64,000 nt of DNA from Bdellovibrio sp. (GCA_036677065.1 JAKFBS010000001.1:672001-736000), one strand, 5' to 3'; shown: positions 1-10,566, numbered from the stretch's first letter. Notes: a model not told the origin generated them from the letters alone. Made by a program: numbers and translations.

Positions 1-1
1 T

Positions 2-1261
2 GGAGATTCTCTTGATGCGCTTCAAGGTTTATTGCAGGGTGCTGCTGTTGCCGGTGGTGGTGCTGCCGCAAACTGTGGGCAGGCTGCAATTGCCGGTTCT
101 ACAGGTTATTATGCGATCGAAGAATTACGCGGAGGCTGTGATACTGAAATTAGCGCCTGCAAAACAAGTTGCAGCGATGCTACTGCATACATCAATGCAA
201 ATAAAGACCGTATTTATGAGAAATGCCGTAAAAAAGATTGGGATTATTACGGTTGTCGTATGGATAGTCCATATCCTGATGCGCTGACTGAAGATGCTTT
301 TAATGCTGCATGGGACGGAACAAATAGAGTTCCATTCGAACAGCAAATTCAAGCCATGCAGACTAGTGTTACTGATTATAATTCGAAATGCGAAGCTGGC
401 GGAACTGCTGACAACAACCGTGATAAAATGACGAATTTCATGGATGACATGAATTCAGCGTATAAAGGTGCAAAGCAGTGTGAATGTCAGTTAGGTTCTG
501 GCACTAATTGTGATAGCCAGCCGGGCCCTGCAGAATGTGCAGGAAACCCTTCGCTTCCAGGTTGTGCGCTAGTCGGAGTTAACTGTTTAAGTGCAACAGA
601 CAATTCGCCTAAGTGTGTTTGTTTTAAAAATCCGAACAGTGATGAATGTAAAAATATTCAACAGACTAACAATAACTTAAAAGTAAACTCTACTGATGTA
701 AGTGCATTTGCTGGCATCGGTAGTGGTGTTGGTGGATCTGCTTCGGGCGGCGGCGATGTTGCTGGAAAAACCGATTCAGGTAATGTGAATGTTGGTGATT
801 TAAGTGGTATAGGTGCAGATGATGAAGCTATAGGCGCTAATGCCTCGGGTACTACAACCACTGATGCTGGATCACCTTTTGGTGCTGCTGCAGGTGGCGG
901 TAGTGGTGCTGGCGGCAGTTCAGGTGGCGGCGCAAATGGTGCTTCAGCTGCTGAAGCAGACGGTGAAGATGAAAGCACAAGTAAAAAACTCGGTGGCCTT
1001 TTTAATGTGGCAAAATCCGCATTAGGAAATTTATTTAAAAAAGGCAAAGACGATAAAGGCACGTATGATCCTGTGACTGGTAAATATATTAATGAAAATG
1101 GTTTAGATTCTAAAAAATGGCGTCCTCGTGGCATGGTGCGCGGGCTAGCTGGTGATACAGAAATCGCCGGCAAGTTCGAAGACATCTGGAAAGTCATGAA
1201 CCGACAATACAAAATCCAAGATCAGAAAGACACGTTTCTTTTTGGTGGGGAGAAGAAGTAA
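2..1261 (+). CDS. Cys-rich/Gly-rich hypothetical protein, 5'-truncated by the window; paralog of the next gene
   Basis: The frame is open from position 2. Many Cys, a Gly-rich linker, and motifs shared with 1263..3176 (DAGSPFGxAAGGGSG; RPxxxxRGxAG..DIWKxMN). Confidence 0.8.
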   Translation, partial: GDSLDALQGLLQGAAVAGGGAAANCGQAAIAGSTGYYAIEELRGGCDTEISACKTSCSDATAYINANKDRIYEKCRKKDWDYYGCRMDSPYPDALTEDAFNAAWDGTNRVPFEQQIQAMQTSVTDYNSKCEAGGTADNNRDKMTNFMDDMNSAYKGAKQCECQLGSGTNCDSQPGPAECAGNPSLPGCALVGVNCLSATDNSPKCVCFKNPNSDECKNIQQTNNNLKVNSTDVSAFAGIGSGVGGSASGGGDVAGKTDSGNVNVGDLSGIGADDEAIGANASGTTTTDAGSPFGAAAGGGSGAGGSSGGGANGASAAEADGEDESTSKKLGGLFNVAKSALGNLFKKGKDDKGTYDPVTGKYINENGLDSKKWRPRGMVRGLAGDTEIAGKFEDIWKVMNRQYKIQDQKDTFLFGGEKK

Positions 1262-1262
1262 T

Positions 1263-3176
1263 ATGAAAAATATCATGATGTACTTATTTATTGTTTTCTC
1301 TTTGTTTGTCGTAAACACAGCATTGGCTGACGAGTGTGAAACGGCGGGAAAAGTTAAACTTTCACAGCTGAAGTATGTCGGTACAGATTTAAAACCATTA
1401 CTTCGACGAAATGGTGCTTGTACTGTCGTTAAAGCATCGAATGATACTGAAGGTCGAGCCGCCTGCGGAACAAAAAGAGCAGCTCTTAATCCTGGAAACC
1501 CTCAGTACACCGGCGTTAATGATCACGGTAGTCAGACGAATAATAAGTTAGGTTATTACTTCTGTGTGGGCATGAACAAACGAGCAATGTGTAATGATCG
1601 TATCAGTGAACTTGGCAGCACAATGGACATTGTTTGGAAGCAAACTGGTAGCAACGAGCGTAATGATGGTGACTGTCTTTGTGGAAAAAAAGGCGATGGG
1701 TCGACAAAGATGATGGCATGTCCAGTAACTGAAGCACAGGTCGATGCTTTTAAAGATGGAAAAACCACAGGTTGTGTTCAGGGCGCTGAAGATGATGGTG
1801 ATGGAAATTGCCGCTGTCTTGCCGGTGAGAAAAAAGGAACTGTAGTTAAAGATGGTGGAACATGTCCAAAAGACCCTTCACCGCCGGTGGCAACCGCAAC
1901 CGTAAGTCCTGATGACTTTGACGATTGTTTGGCTGAAGTGAAAGCTGCAAAAGATGGTTGTTCTGAAGAAGGAAAAAAAGCTATTGCAAGTTGCAGTAAA
2001 GAAGCGCCTGAGGTCAATAAAAACATTTCTGAAGCTCAGCGTGTGTTGTCGATCGGATTAGATGCTGTCATTGCAAAAAATGCGGGAACTGGTGCTTTAG
2101 CCAGTTGTGCAAAAATGGGTGCTGCGGGAACTTCAGTTATTGAAGCTTTAAGTTTGCTGCGTGAAAATTGCAAAAAAGAATTAAATAATTGTAAAAAAAG
2201 TTGTGAGCAAGCCGGTGTTTTTGGCAAAAAAACAGAAGACGAATACGTTGCAGAATGTAAAGCCGTGTTTTTAAGTAAACAAAAAGAATGGACTGACGAA
2301 CATGAAAAAGCTTTTAAACCATTGGTTGCAGAATATACAAAATTAGCTGATAACTCAGAAAAATTTTGTAAAGGGGATGTGCAAAAATCTGATAACCAGC
2401 TAGATGGTTTTTTACAAGAGTTAGCCATGAGCGTGCAAAAAGCTGATATCTGTAAATGTCAGTTAACAACTTCATCTGCAGGTAATGAAAATTGCGATAA
2501 TGTGGCTGGTCCATTAACGTGTATTCAAAATGTGAATCAACCAGGCTGTTCATTTAGCTCAGTAGGGTGTAGTCCAGGCTCAACGCTTCCGGGCTGTCGT
2601 AATCCAGTCAATATGACAAATCCAAATGGTTCAGGCATCGCAATGCCAGCTTCGGGTTTTGCAGGGCCTGGTTTTACGTCGACAGGTGGTGGTAGCGGTA
2701 ATTCCAGTAAAGTCGGATTAGGTGGCGATGATTTTGATTTCTCTGATGAAACTCGTCCTTCAGGTTCTGGCACAGCCACGGCTGATGCAGGTTCGCCATT
2801 CGGCACTGCCGCTGGTGGTGGAAGTGGCGGCGCAGCAGGTGGTGGCGGAGGCGGAGGCGGCGGCACTGGTGATGGCGGCGGCGCGGGCGGCGAAGAAAAA
2901 GAAAAAGGCGGTATTTCTGGATTTTTTCAAAATGCAAAAGGTGGTATCGCAAGTTTATTTGGTGCTGGAGCTGATAACAAAAACGTAGCTGCGAAAAAAC
3001 CAGTTAATAAAGCTTATAAAAATGATGTTAACGGATTCAGGCCAAAAGCCGGAGTGCGCGGCATGGCTGGCTCGAATGAATTTGGCAGTAAAAACCGTGA
3101 CATTTGGAAGACTATGAACGAACGTTATAATGATCAATATCACACATTTATAACGGTGGAGAATCCACAAAAGTAA
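1263..3176 (+). CDS. Secreted Cys-rich/Gly-rich hypothetical protein
   Basis: ATG 1263 gives signal peptide MKNIMMYLFIVFSLFVVNTALA. Numerous Cys, a poly-Gly tract, and a C-terminal motif shared with the upstream gene. Confidence 0.85.
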   Translation: MKNIMMYLFIVFSLFVVNTALADECETAGKVKLSQLKYVGTDLKPLLRRNGACTVVKASNDTEGRAACGTKRAALNPGNPQYTGVNDHGSQTNNKLGYYFCVGMNKRAMCNDRISELGSTMDIVWKQTGSNERNDGDCLCGKKGDGSTKMMACPVTEAQVDAFKDGKTTGCVQGAEDDGDGNCRCLAGEKKGTVVKDGGTCPKDPSPPVATATVSPDDFDDCLAEVKAAKDGCSEEGKKAIASCSKEAPEVNKNISEAQRVLSIGLDAVIAKNAGTGALASCAKMGAAGTSVIEALSLLRENCKKELNNCKKSCEQAGVFGKKTEDEYVAECKAVFLSKQKEWTDEHEKAFKPLVAEYTKLADNSEKFCKGDVQKSDNQLDGFLQELAMSVQKADICKCQLTTSSAGNENCDNVAGPLTCIQNVNQPGCSFSSVGCSPGSTLPGCRNPVNMTNPNGSGIAMPASGFAGPGFTSTGGGSGNSSKVGLGGDDFDFSDETRPSGSGTATADAGSPFGTAAGGGSGGAAGGGGGGGGGTGDGGGAGGEEKEKGGISGFFQNAKGGIASLFGAGADNKNVAAKKPVNKAYKNDVNGFRPKAGVRGMAGSNEFGSKNRDIWKTMNERYNDQYHTFITVENPQK

Positions 3177-3186
3177 GTAGTTTAAT

Positions 3187-3729
3187 ATGTTAAAAAAAAT
3201 CATCTTGAGTTTGCTTCTAGTTTCAAATTTTTCTTCATGCGTGACTTACCTTAAAAAGGGAAGTCACGCTAACGGTCACGATTCTAAAACCGCATTAACT
3301 GGTCAATACAAATCCGAAAAACTTAAAATCTATTTCGCGAACAACACTGAAGCTGATCTTCAAAACGTTGAGCTTTTTCGCGAGTTGATTCTTAATAAAA
3401 ATATGTTCACAGAAGTTTTACTAGTTCGCAGCGAAAAGATCGAAACTTGCGAAGGTCATTGTGTTCTGTTCACTAATAAAAAAAGTGGTCTATCAGTCGG
3501 TGAAAAACTAAATATGGCAGCTACCTATTTAACTTTAGGAATCATTCCATCGCGTTTTACCAATGAATATGTTTTGAAAAATAAATTTGGCCAGGTTGAA
3601 GACATTGAAATCGTTAACTGGGTTTCTGTATTTTTATTGCTTTATGTAGGTAATGATTCTTTCGAAGAATCTGAAAAAGAGCAGCTGGTTAAGTTACAAA
3701 CATTGTTAAATCAAGCCGAGGCTAATTAG
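3187..3729 (+). CDS. Hypothetical lipoprotein
   Basis: N-terminal hydrophobic stretch ending in FSSC (lipobox-like); TLGIIP motif. Confidence 0.7.
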   Translation: MLKKIILSLLLVSNFSSCVTYLKKGSHANGHDSKTALTGQYKSEKLKIYFANNTEADLQNVELFRELILNKNMFTEVLLVRSEKIETCEGHCVLFTNKKSGLSVGEKLNMAATYLTLGIIPSRFTNEYVLKNKFGQVEDIEIVNWVSVFLLLYVGNDSFEESEKEQLVKLQTLLNQAEAN

Positions 3730-4927
3730 CATTGATTAAGCTGTGCAGGGTCTGAATTGTTTGATCCTTGCGATTTTGCTCAACGATATAATTTAAACTC
3801 ATTGCTGACTGAATAAAATAAGCCGGTTGAATATTAATTTCTGATAATTTCTTTGTCACAGCCACTAGGGTGTCGTTTAACGTTGAACCTGTGCAAGTTA
3901 AGCTCACTGAACATAACTCATTGTTCACCACCTGCAGCTGCGGGTGTTTAGTAAAATCCATAGCTTCAATGGCTGACAAAATTTCTGGTGGGGCTGTTAG
4001 CAGCACGTGCGTTTTTTTATTTTGCACAAACCCGTTTAAAATTTGTGGAACAGCAATATTTGATTTTTGAAAAGCTTGAAATAAAATGTCGAAAGCTTGT
4101 GCCGGTGTGTCTGTTTGGATAGCTAATTCTAAAATTTTAGAGTGAGAATTAACGGCCAATGGTTTTGATGATTCAAACATAACGCCCTCGTGGATAATGG
4201 TGCCTTCGCTACTTTGACCGTGATTATGGTCATGCGCGGGGCCTACATATAATTTTACTTTTTTAATTTTAGCTAATTCAACTGAGCGGTAATGCAGAAC
4301 TTTAGCGCCCCAATAAGTCATTTCTAATAAATGATCATAATTTAGCTGGGTGATTTTTTGTGCTTGCGGAACAAGCTTAGGATCAGCGGTAAAAATGCTG
4401 CTGACGTCTTTTAAAATTTCACAGCGATCAGCATTTAAAAAAGCGGCCATCGCCACAGCTGAAGTGTCAGAGCCGCCACGCCCTAATGTAGTGATTTCTT
4501 TAGTCACGGGTGAAACACCTTGAAAGCCCGCTAAAATCACAATTTTATTTTTTTCTAAAGCTTCTTGCACGCGGTGAGCTTTAACATCTTTAATCATCGC
4601 GCCCAAATGTGATTCGTCTGTAAAAATGCCAGCTTGGCTACCAGTAAAACTAATTGCATCGTGACCTAAATCATTGAGCGCAATACTTACCAGCGACATG
4701 CTAATACGCTCGCCCACTGAAAGTAACATGTCAAATTCGCGAAGATTGGGCGACTGACTAACACTTTGAGCTAAACTGATCAGTTGGTCAGTGGTTTTAC
4801 CCATAGCTGAAACAACGGCAACGATTTGGATATTTTTCTTTTTTAATTCAGAAATACGGCGGGCTGCAGATTTTATTTTCTCAGGATCAGCTAGGGTGGC
4901 GCCGCCATATTTTTGTACGATTAACAT
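3722..4927 (-). CDS. lysC: Aspartate kinase
   Basis: VQKYGG, VVSAMG, TTLGRGGSDTSA and TADP motifs; C-terminal ACT-like region. Confidence 0.93.
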   Translation of the reverse strand: MLIVQKYGGATLADPEKIKSAARRISELKKKNIQIVAVVSAMGKTTDQLISLAQSVSQSPNLREFDMLLSVGERISMSLVSIALNDLGHDAISFTGSQAGIFTDESHLGAMIKDVKAHRVQEALEKNKIVILAGFQGVSPVTKEITTLGRGGSDTSAVAMAAFLNADRCEILKDVSSIFTADPKLVPQAQKITQLNYDHLLEMTYWGAKVLHYRSVELAKIKKVKLYVGPAHDHNHGQSSEGTIIHEGVMFESSKPLAVNSHSKILELAIQTDTPAQAFDILFQAFQKSNIAVPQILNGFVQNKKTHVLLTAPPEILSAIEAMDFTKHPQLQVVNNELCSVSLTCTGSTLNDTLVAVTKKLSEINIQPAYFIQSAMSLNYIVEQNRKDQTIQTLHSLINAN

Positions 4928-4931
4928 TCTA

Positions 4932-5906
4932 TTAATCTAACGCAAATTTTTTGGTTTGATCACGAAAAAACTGTTGTGCCACGGTGAGTGAACCCACCGG
5001 CACCCGAATCCAATGCTGTTTCGATGTTTTTGGAATATAACCTAACACTAATTCAGCATTTAAATCTTTTAGTGATTTACGAGTAACACTTAAATAATCG
5101 GCTAAAAGTTCAATATCGGTTCCGGCCGGTGCTTTAACAAACTCATAACTTAATGGAAACTCTGGATCTAAATTGCGAAAGCCGTATAAGTTTGGGGCTT
5201 TCGCGATCATAAGAGCTGCTAAAATTTTTGGAACATAATCTTGGGTTTCCTGAGGTAGGGCCCCAAGACGAACAAGCTCCCAGTAATCTTTGGTGCCGTA
5301 TTTTCTAATTCTGCTGCGCAAGCCGCCTTCACCCATGTTGTAGCTTGCGGCTACTAAATACCATGAACCAAATTCAGCATGTAAATCCTGCATGTAACGT
5401 ATCGCTGCTTTTGTACTTTTTTGTAAATCACGGCGTTCATCGATCCAGTACTGTTGTGATAAGCCATAATGTTTTCCGGTTGAGGGAATAAACTGCCACG
5501 GACCGACAGCACTGGCGGTACTTACTGCAGTTGCTGAAAATCCACTTTCAATCATCACCATGTAACCTAAATCACCCGGTAAACCTGATTTTTTAAGTTC
5601 GGCTTGAATAAACGGCATGTATTTCGAAGATTTTTCTAACCAATTGCGAAAAAAGTTTTTTCCGCGTGTTTGATAAAAAGAAATCCAATAGCTTACTTTG
5701 TGATTGTAGGTCACGGGCAGGTCAAAAATAAAATGCTCGGTTTTGCCATTTTGTTTTTTCTCTAAGATTTTTAATTTATCTTTCAGAGACAAAGTTTTTA
5801 ATTTTTTATCTAACGGTTTCGTTGCGACAGCAGCATAGGCAGAAGGTAAGCCCACAGCCAGATTCAAAATAACAATCGCAACGAATAGATTTCTTAAAAG
5901 CATCAT
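4932..5906 (-). CDS. Lytic transglycosylase (MltD-like SLT domain)
   Basis: MIESGF, AVGPWQF, ASYNMGEG and ETQDYVPKI motifs; signal peptide. Confidence 0.9.
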   Translation of the reverse strand: MMLLRNLFVAIVILNLAVGLPSAYAAVATKPLDKKLKTLSLKDKLKILEKKQNGKTEHFIFDLPVTYNHKVSYWISFYQTRGKNFFRNWLEKSSKYMPFIQAELKKSGLPGDLGYMVMIESGFSATAVSTASAVGPWQFIPSTGKHYGLSQQYWIDERRDLQKSTKAAIRYMQDLHAEFGSWYLVAASYNMGEGGLRSRIRKYGTKDYWELVRLGALPQETQDYVPKILAALMIAKAPNLYGFRNLDPEFPLSYEFVKAPAGTDIELLADYLSVTRKSLKDLNAELVLGYIPKTSKQHWIRVPVGSLTVAQQFFRDQTKKFALD

Positions 5907-6103
5907 TTAATTATCTAGTGAACGGGCGAAAAGGTCGAGAGAGCATTTTTGACAGTCGAGGACAGTCGGGCTGACAAATTAATGACATCATTTTCCCAGA
6001 CTGGCTTTTCGTCGAGTCGTTAAACGGTGCTGTAATGTCATTGTAATGGCGCTGATAAAAGATTTTTTCGAAAGCCTAGACAAAAATATGAACAGTACCT
6101 TTT

Positions 6104-6119
6104 TGGCATTGGCGTTGCT
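6104..6119 (+). promoter_or_regulatory. sigma54 (-24/-12) promoter of the flgF operon
   Basis: TGGCAT-TGGCG-TTGCT matches TGGCAC-N5-TTGCW, 57 nt upstream of flgF. Confidence 0.75.
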
Positions 6120-6176
6120 CTTTCTATTAAGATGAGAATCCCTGTTAGCCGCAACTGGACTGAAGGAGCATAACAA

Positions 6177-7016
6177 ATGAGTTTAAAAGGTGTTTATACA
6201 GCCCTAAGTGGGGCCATTGCCCAGACTCTAAAAATGGATACGATCGCCAATAATATTGCGAACGTGAATACGACTGGCTTTAAAAAAGACCAGCAAACGT
6301 TTAGTGAATATTTGACGGCGATGGAAAAAGAACAAGACGTCATGAAAGTTCCAAGAATGCCGGCGTCGATTGATAGCTTTTACGAACTAAACGGCGGCGA
6401 CAAAGCATTTGTTGATGCAGCCGGTACTTACACTAATTTTGAACAGGGAAGCCTAAAATCAACCGGCGGAAAACTAGATGTGGCTATTGAAGGCGCAGGT
6501 TTTTTCGAAGTTGGAACGCCAAATGGCGTAAAATTAACTCGTGCTGGTAATTTTACAGTTGATGGCAATGGCCAATTAGTTACCAAAGATGGCTATCCAG
6601 TGTTAATGGAACCTGCTGAAGGTACAGATGGCTTGGTAGCAGGTGAAAATTTCGATTCTCGCACAGTTCGTATCAGCGGCACGGCAACAATCAATATTTC
6701 AGATGGTGGCGAAGTTTTCGAAGGTGAAACAAAAATCGGTAAACTTTCTGTAGTTAATGCCGCTAACACCGACGCTTTACAAAAAATCGGCAACAGCTAT
6801 TACACCTTAAAAGAAAATATGAACGCTGAAATCTCTTCGATAAAGGCTCCAAGCCTTAAACAAGGTTTTTTAGAGACAAGTAACGTGAACATCATCAATG
6901 AAATGACAGATATGATTATGGCTCAGCGGGTATTTGAAGGTACGCAAAAAGCGATCAGTGCTTATGACAACATGAGCGATAAACTAATTAATCAAGTCGG
7001 AAATACAAAAGGGTAG
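6177..7016 (+). CDS. flgF: Flagellar basal-body rod protein FlgF
   Basis: ANNIANVNTTGFK, TRAGNF and LETSNVN motifs; precedes flgG. Confidence 0.9.
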   Translation: MSLKGVYTALSGAIAQTLKMDTIANNIANVNTTGFKKDQQTFSEYLTAMEKEQDVMKVPRMPASIDSFYELNGGDKAFVDAAGTYTNFEQGSLKSTGGKLDVAIEGAGFFEVGTPNGVKLTRAGNFTVDGNGQLVTKDGYPVLMEPAEGTDGLVAGENFDSRTVRISGTATINISDGGEVFEGETKIGKLSVVNAANTDALQKIGNSYYTLKENMNAEISSIKAPSLKQGFLETSNVNIINEMTDMIMAQRVFEGTQKAISAYDNMSDKLINQVGNTKG

Positions 7017-7024
7017 GGTAATAT

Positions 7025-7810
7025 ATGTTTAAAAGTTTAAATACAGCAGCCACAGGGATGATAGCGCAACAAAGTAATATCGATGTTGTCGCAAATAATA
7101 TTGCCAATGTTAATACCGCAGGATTTAAAAAATCGCGCGCAGAATTTGAAGACCTTATATATAGTAACCAAAAAGATCCAGGCCAAGCGTCAGGATTAAA
7201 TTCAATTACTCCGACTGGCGTGCAAACTGGACTAGGGGTTCGAACAGCTTCTATTCAAAAAGATTTTGGCACAGGCCAAACTCAGATCACATCTAATCCA
7301 TTAGATTTTCAAATCGAAGGTAACGGTTTTTTCCAAGTGCGCACGCCAGATGGCGAAATTGCTTATACGCGTGATGGTGCCTTTAAAAAAGATGCGACTG
7401 GCAAAATTGTTGATAAAAATGGTAACACATTAATTCCTGAATTAGTCATTCCAGAAACAGCAATGGTTGTTGAAGCGACTCCCACAGGAGAAATTCGCGT
7501 GATTCATCATACAGGTGCAGAGCCTGAAGTGATTGGCCAAATGGAGTTAGCTAATTTTATTAATCCAGCCGGTTTAAAAAGTATGGGCAAAAATTTATTT
7601 ATGCCGACTGCGGCCAGCGGTCAACCAGCGTCAAATCGCCCGGGCACCCAAGGTGTAGGCTTTTTAGCGCAAAACCAATTAGAAACAAGTAACGTAAATA
7701 TCGTTGATGAAATGATTAATATGATCACGGCACAACGTGCTTATGAAACAAATTCAAAAGTAGTGCAAACTTCTGATCAAATGCTTCAAACAGCAGTGAA
7801 TGTTAAATAA
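7025..7810 (+). CDS. flgG: Flagellar distal rod protein FlgG
   Basis: ANNIANVNTAGFKKSRAEFEDL, YTRDGAF and AQRAYETNSK motifs; 261 aa. Confidence 0.95.
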   Translation: MFKSLNTAATGMIAQQSNIDVVANNIANVNTAGFKKSRAEFEDLIYSNQKDPGQASGLNSITPTGVQTGLGVRTASIQKDFGTGQTQITSNPLDFQIEGNGFFQVRTPDGEIAYTRDGAFKKDATGKIVDKNGNTLIPELVIPETAMVVEATPTGEIRVIHHTGAEPEVIGQMELANFINPAGLKSMGKNLFMPTAASGQPASNRPGTQGVGFLAQNQLETSNVNIVDEMINMITAQRAYETNSKVVQTSDQMLQTAVNVK

Positions 7811-8700
7811 TGAAAAAATTAGTTCTACTTTCTTTATTAATGATTTCGCAAATCGCTTTGGCTAAAAGTGAAATCACTTTATCGTCAGCGATCGAAGTGT
7901 CACCTCGCGAAGTGATCACCGCTTATGATATCGTTGAAAGCCGCAATCTCAATGAATCAGCTTTGTCTGATTTAAAAGACATCGAATTAGGTAACGCGCA
8001 AACTAAGACAATCACTAAACTTGAGATCATTAAAAAATTTCGTGGTTTAGAAGCTAATTTTAGATTGCCTGCTGAAGTTAAAATTTTACGTTCAAAATCA
8101 AACGTGTCACGTTTAGAAATCGAACGTAAAATCATGAATCACTTACTGGCAAAATGCGGAACCTGTGAATACCGCATTCAAATTAATTCAGTGCCACAAA
8201 ATCTATTAACAGACTGGGAATTAGACATGAATGTTGATTTTAACAAATCAACGGTGATGATTCCGGCATTTTCAACTTCAACACCAGATAAAAAAGGCTG
8301 GGTTGTTGTCGAGTTAAAAAAATACGCTGTTGTGCCAGTTTTAACTCGCCCGTTAAAAATCGGTGATGTTATTACAGAAGATGCAGTCACAACTGAAATG
8401 CGCTTAATGCAAAGCTATCAAGACACGATGATGGATGTTAAATCTGTTGTTGGTATGCAAGCCGCACGCTTTCTAACTGCCGGGCAAATGTTAGCTTCAC
8501 GTGATTTAAAACGCGAACAAATTTTAAGAAAAGGCCAAATGGTTAAAGCCATTTTTGGTGCTGATGCTTTAGAGATTTCAATCAGTGCACAAGCCGAAGA
8601 AGGTGGCGCAGTGGGTGATGTGATTAAGGTTAAAAATCTTGATTCACAAAAAATGTTCGCGGCCAAAATTATTGATCGCGGCATTGTTAAAATTGAGTAG
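7810..8700 (+). CDS. flgA: P-ring formation chaperone FlgA
   Basis: Signal peptide; C-terminal SAF/ChapFlgA-like region (GAVGDVIKVKNLDS); position after flgG. Confidence 0.88.
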   Translation: MKKLVLLSLLMISQIALAKSEITLSSAIEVSPREVITAYDIVESRNLNESALSDLKDIELGNAQTKTITKLEIIKKFRGLEANFRLPAEVKILRSKSNVSRLEIERKIMNHLLAKCGTCEYRIQINSVPQNLLTDWELDMNVDFNKSTVMIPAFSTSTPDKKGWVVVELKKYAVVPVLTRPLKIGDVITEDAVTTEMRLMQSYQDTMMDVKSVVGMQAARFLTAGQMLASRDLKREQILRKGQMVKAIFGADALEISISAQAEEGGAVGDVIKVKNLDSQKMFAAKIIDRGIVKIE

Positions 8701-8737
8701 TAATTAGTTAATAGTTTTAGTTAGGGAGATTTCACGG

Positions 8738-9562
8738 ATGAAATACTTATTAGTTTTACCTTTATTCTTTACCGGTTGTGCCACTATGTACGATTTTTTC
8801 GGCTTTGACGGACCAAAACAAGAAGTTGTCGTTAAAGAAGAAGTGGTGAAAGAGCCATTAACAAAATATTCTGACATTAATAATTTTGCGCCTGTCTCTG
8901 ACCGCAACTATAAGCGTATGACCAAAGAACGTTTTGAAGAAGACGCCGAATTACATGCGGGTGCTGGTTCGTTATGGGTGATGGAAGGCCAAACAAGTTA
9001 TTTATTTGCGCAAAATAAAAAACGCCGTGAAGGTGATCCTTCAACGTTATTAGTGCAAGGTATGGCATTAAAAGATGTACAAATGAAAGCTTTAGCGATT
9101 AAAGATTTATTAATCGAGTTAGAAAATCAGAAAAAAGAAGCTGAAGCCAAACAGAAAAAAGAAGACGATAAAGTTCAGCGTTTAGCAGATATCGAAAAAG
9201 AGAAAAAATCTATCTTAGCTAAAAGTGAAGCAGATAACGAAGATGCGGCAGCGGTGTTAGCTGAACAGCGTATTGATGCCAGAAAACCTGCATCAGTAGC
9301 GGTTGCTGAAGCTCCAAAAAATCCAGAACTAGAAAAAATTAATTTCAAAGAAATCGAACAAGTGCCTATTAAGATCACTGAACGTTTGCCGGATAACCAA
9401 TACCGGGTGGCGGGGCAACAATTTCTCACGATCAGAAACCGTCCATACAAATTAATCGTTAACGGCACTATTCGCGGTGATGATTTTTCGGATCAAAATT
9501 TCAGTTCAGACAAAATGTTTGACGGCAATTTTGAGTTAGTTCACTTAAAGAAAGCTGAGTAA
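8738..9562 (+). CDS. flgH: Flagellar L-ring protein FlgH (atypical, with charged insert)
   Basis: Lipobox FTGC, GSLW and GTIRGDD motifs; lies between flgA and flgI. Confidence 0.75.
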   Translation: MKYLLVLPLFFTGCATMYDFFGFDGPKQEVVVKEEVVKEPLTKYSDINNFAPVSDRNYKRMTKERFEEDAELHAGAGSLWVMEGQTSYLFAQNKKRREGDPSTLLVQGMALKDVQMKALAIKDLLIELENQKKEAEAKQKKEDDKVQRLADIEKEKKSILAKSEADNEDAAAVLAEQRIDARKPASVAVAEAPKNPELEKINFKEIEQVPIKITERLPDNQYRVAGQQFLTIRNRPYKLIVNGTIRGDDFSDQNFSSDKMFDGNFELVHLKKAE

Positions 9563-9567
9563 TTAGA

Positions 9568-10566
9568 ATGAAACAATTAGCTTTAATTATTTTATTAGTA
9601 TCATTAAATGCCACTGCAGCCCGTTTAAAAGATGTCGCCAGCATTCGTGGAGTGCGTGAAAATCAACTGATCGGTTACGGTTTAGTTGTAGGTCTTAAAG
9701 GCACAGGCGACACGCAAGCTGAATTTACCAGTAAATCATTTGCCCGTTTAATTGAAAAACTAGGTGTGCAATTAGATAAAAAAGATATTGTTTCTAAAAA
9801 CGTAGCGGCCGTAATTATCACGGCATCACTTCCGCCATTTGCAAAAGCGGGTAATCCATTAGATATCACGGTCAGTGCCGTAGGTGATTCAAGTTCATTA
9901 GTGGGCGGTACATTATTACAAGCTCCATTACGTGCAGGTAATGACGAGATTTTTGCCGTAGCTCAGGGAGCTATCTCGGTTTTAGGTGATGGTAAAGATG
10001 TGCACACGACAGTTGGGAGAATTCCAAACGGCGCCATGATCGAACGTGATATCCAAGCAGATTTTGCTAATCGTAAAATGTATCGTATGACGTTACATAA
10101 TCCGGATTTCACAACAGCAGCGCGCACTATTCTTACAATCAATAAAGAATTAGGCGGCCAATACGCTTCAGCAAAAGATGCTGGAACAATTGATATCATC
10201 ACGCCATCATCTTACGAAAATAAAGGTGTTGAATTAATGGCAACAATTGAAGCCATTGAAATTAATCCGGATCAAAAAGCGCGCGTGATCATTAACGAAA
10301 AAACCGGAACAATCGTTATCGGTGAAAAAGTTAAAATTTCACGGGTGGGTTTAAGCCACGGTAATATCACTTTAAAAGTGGTCGATGAGAAAACAAAAAA
10401 GCTGACACCGATTGATGATAAAGTTGCTTTATTAGATACCGGTGCAAACGTCGGTGATTTAGTACAAGCTTTAAATAAATTAGGTGTAACACCGAAAGAT
10501 TTAATTTCGATCTTGCAGTCAATTAAGGCTGCTGGAGCCCTTCATGGGGAACTGGAGACTTTCTAA
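9568..10566 (+). CDS. flgI: Flagellar P-ring protein FlgI
   Basis: RLKDVASIRGVRENQLIGYGLVVGL and AAGALHGEL motifs. Confidence 0.96.
   Translation: MKQLALIILLVSLNATAARLKDVASIRGVRENQLIGYGLVVGLKGTGDTQAEFTSKSFARLIEKLGVQLDKKDIVSKNVAAVIITASLPPFAKAGNPLDITVSAVGDSSSLVGGTLLQAPLRAGNDEIFAVAQGAISVLGDGKDVHTTVGRIPNGAMIERDIQADFANRKMYRMTLHNPDFTTAARTILTINKELGGQYASAKDAGTIDIITPSSYENKGVELMATIEAIEINPDQKARVIINEKTGTIVIGEKVKISRVGLSHGNITLKVVDEKTKKLTPIDDKVALLDTGANVGDLVQALNKLGVTPKDLISILQSIKAAGALHGELETF

Noticed and set aside
2810..2892. GGC/GGT microsatellite as a phase-variable tract
   Set aside because: Mixed Gly codons in frame; explained by the poly-Gly linker.
658..2952. Pro-rich antisense ORFs and other short shadow ORFs in the track
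   Set aside because: They are mirror frames of Gly-rich or well-supported genes, with no independent SD or motifs.
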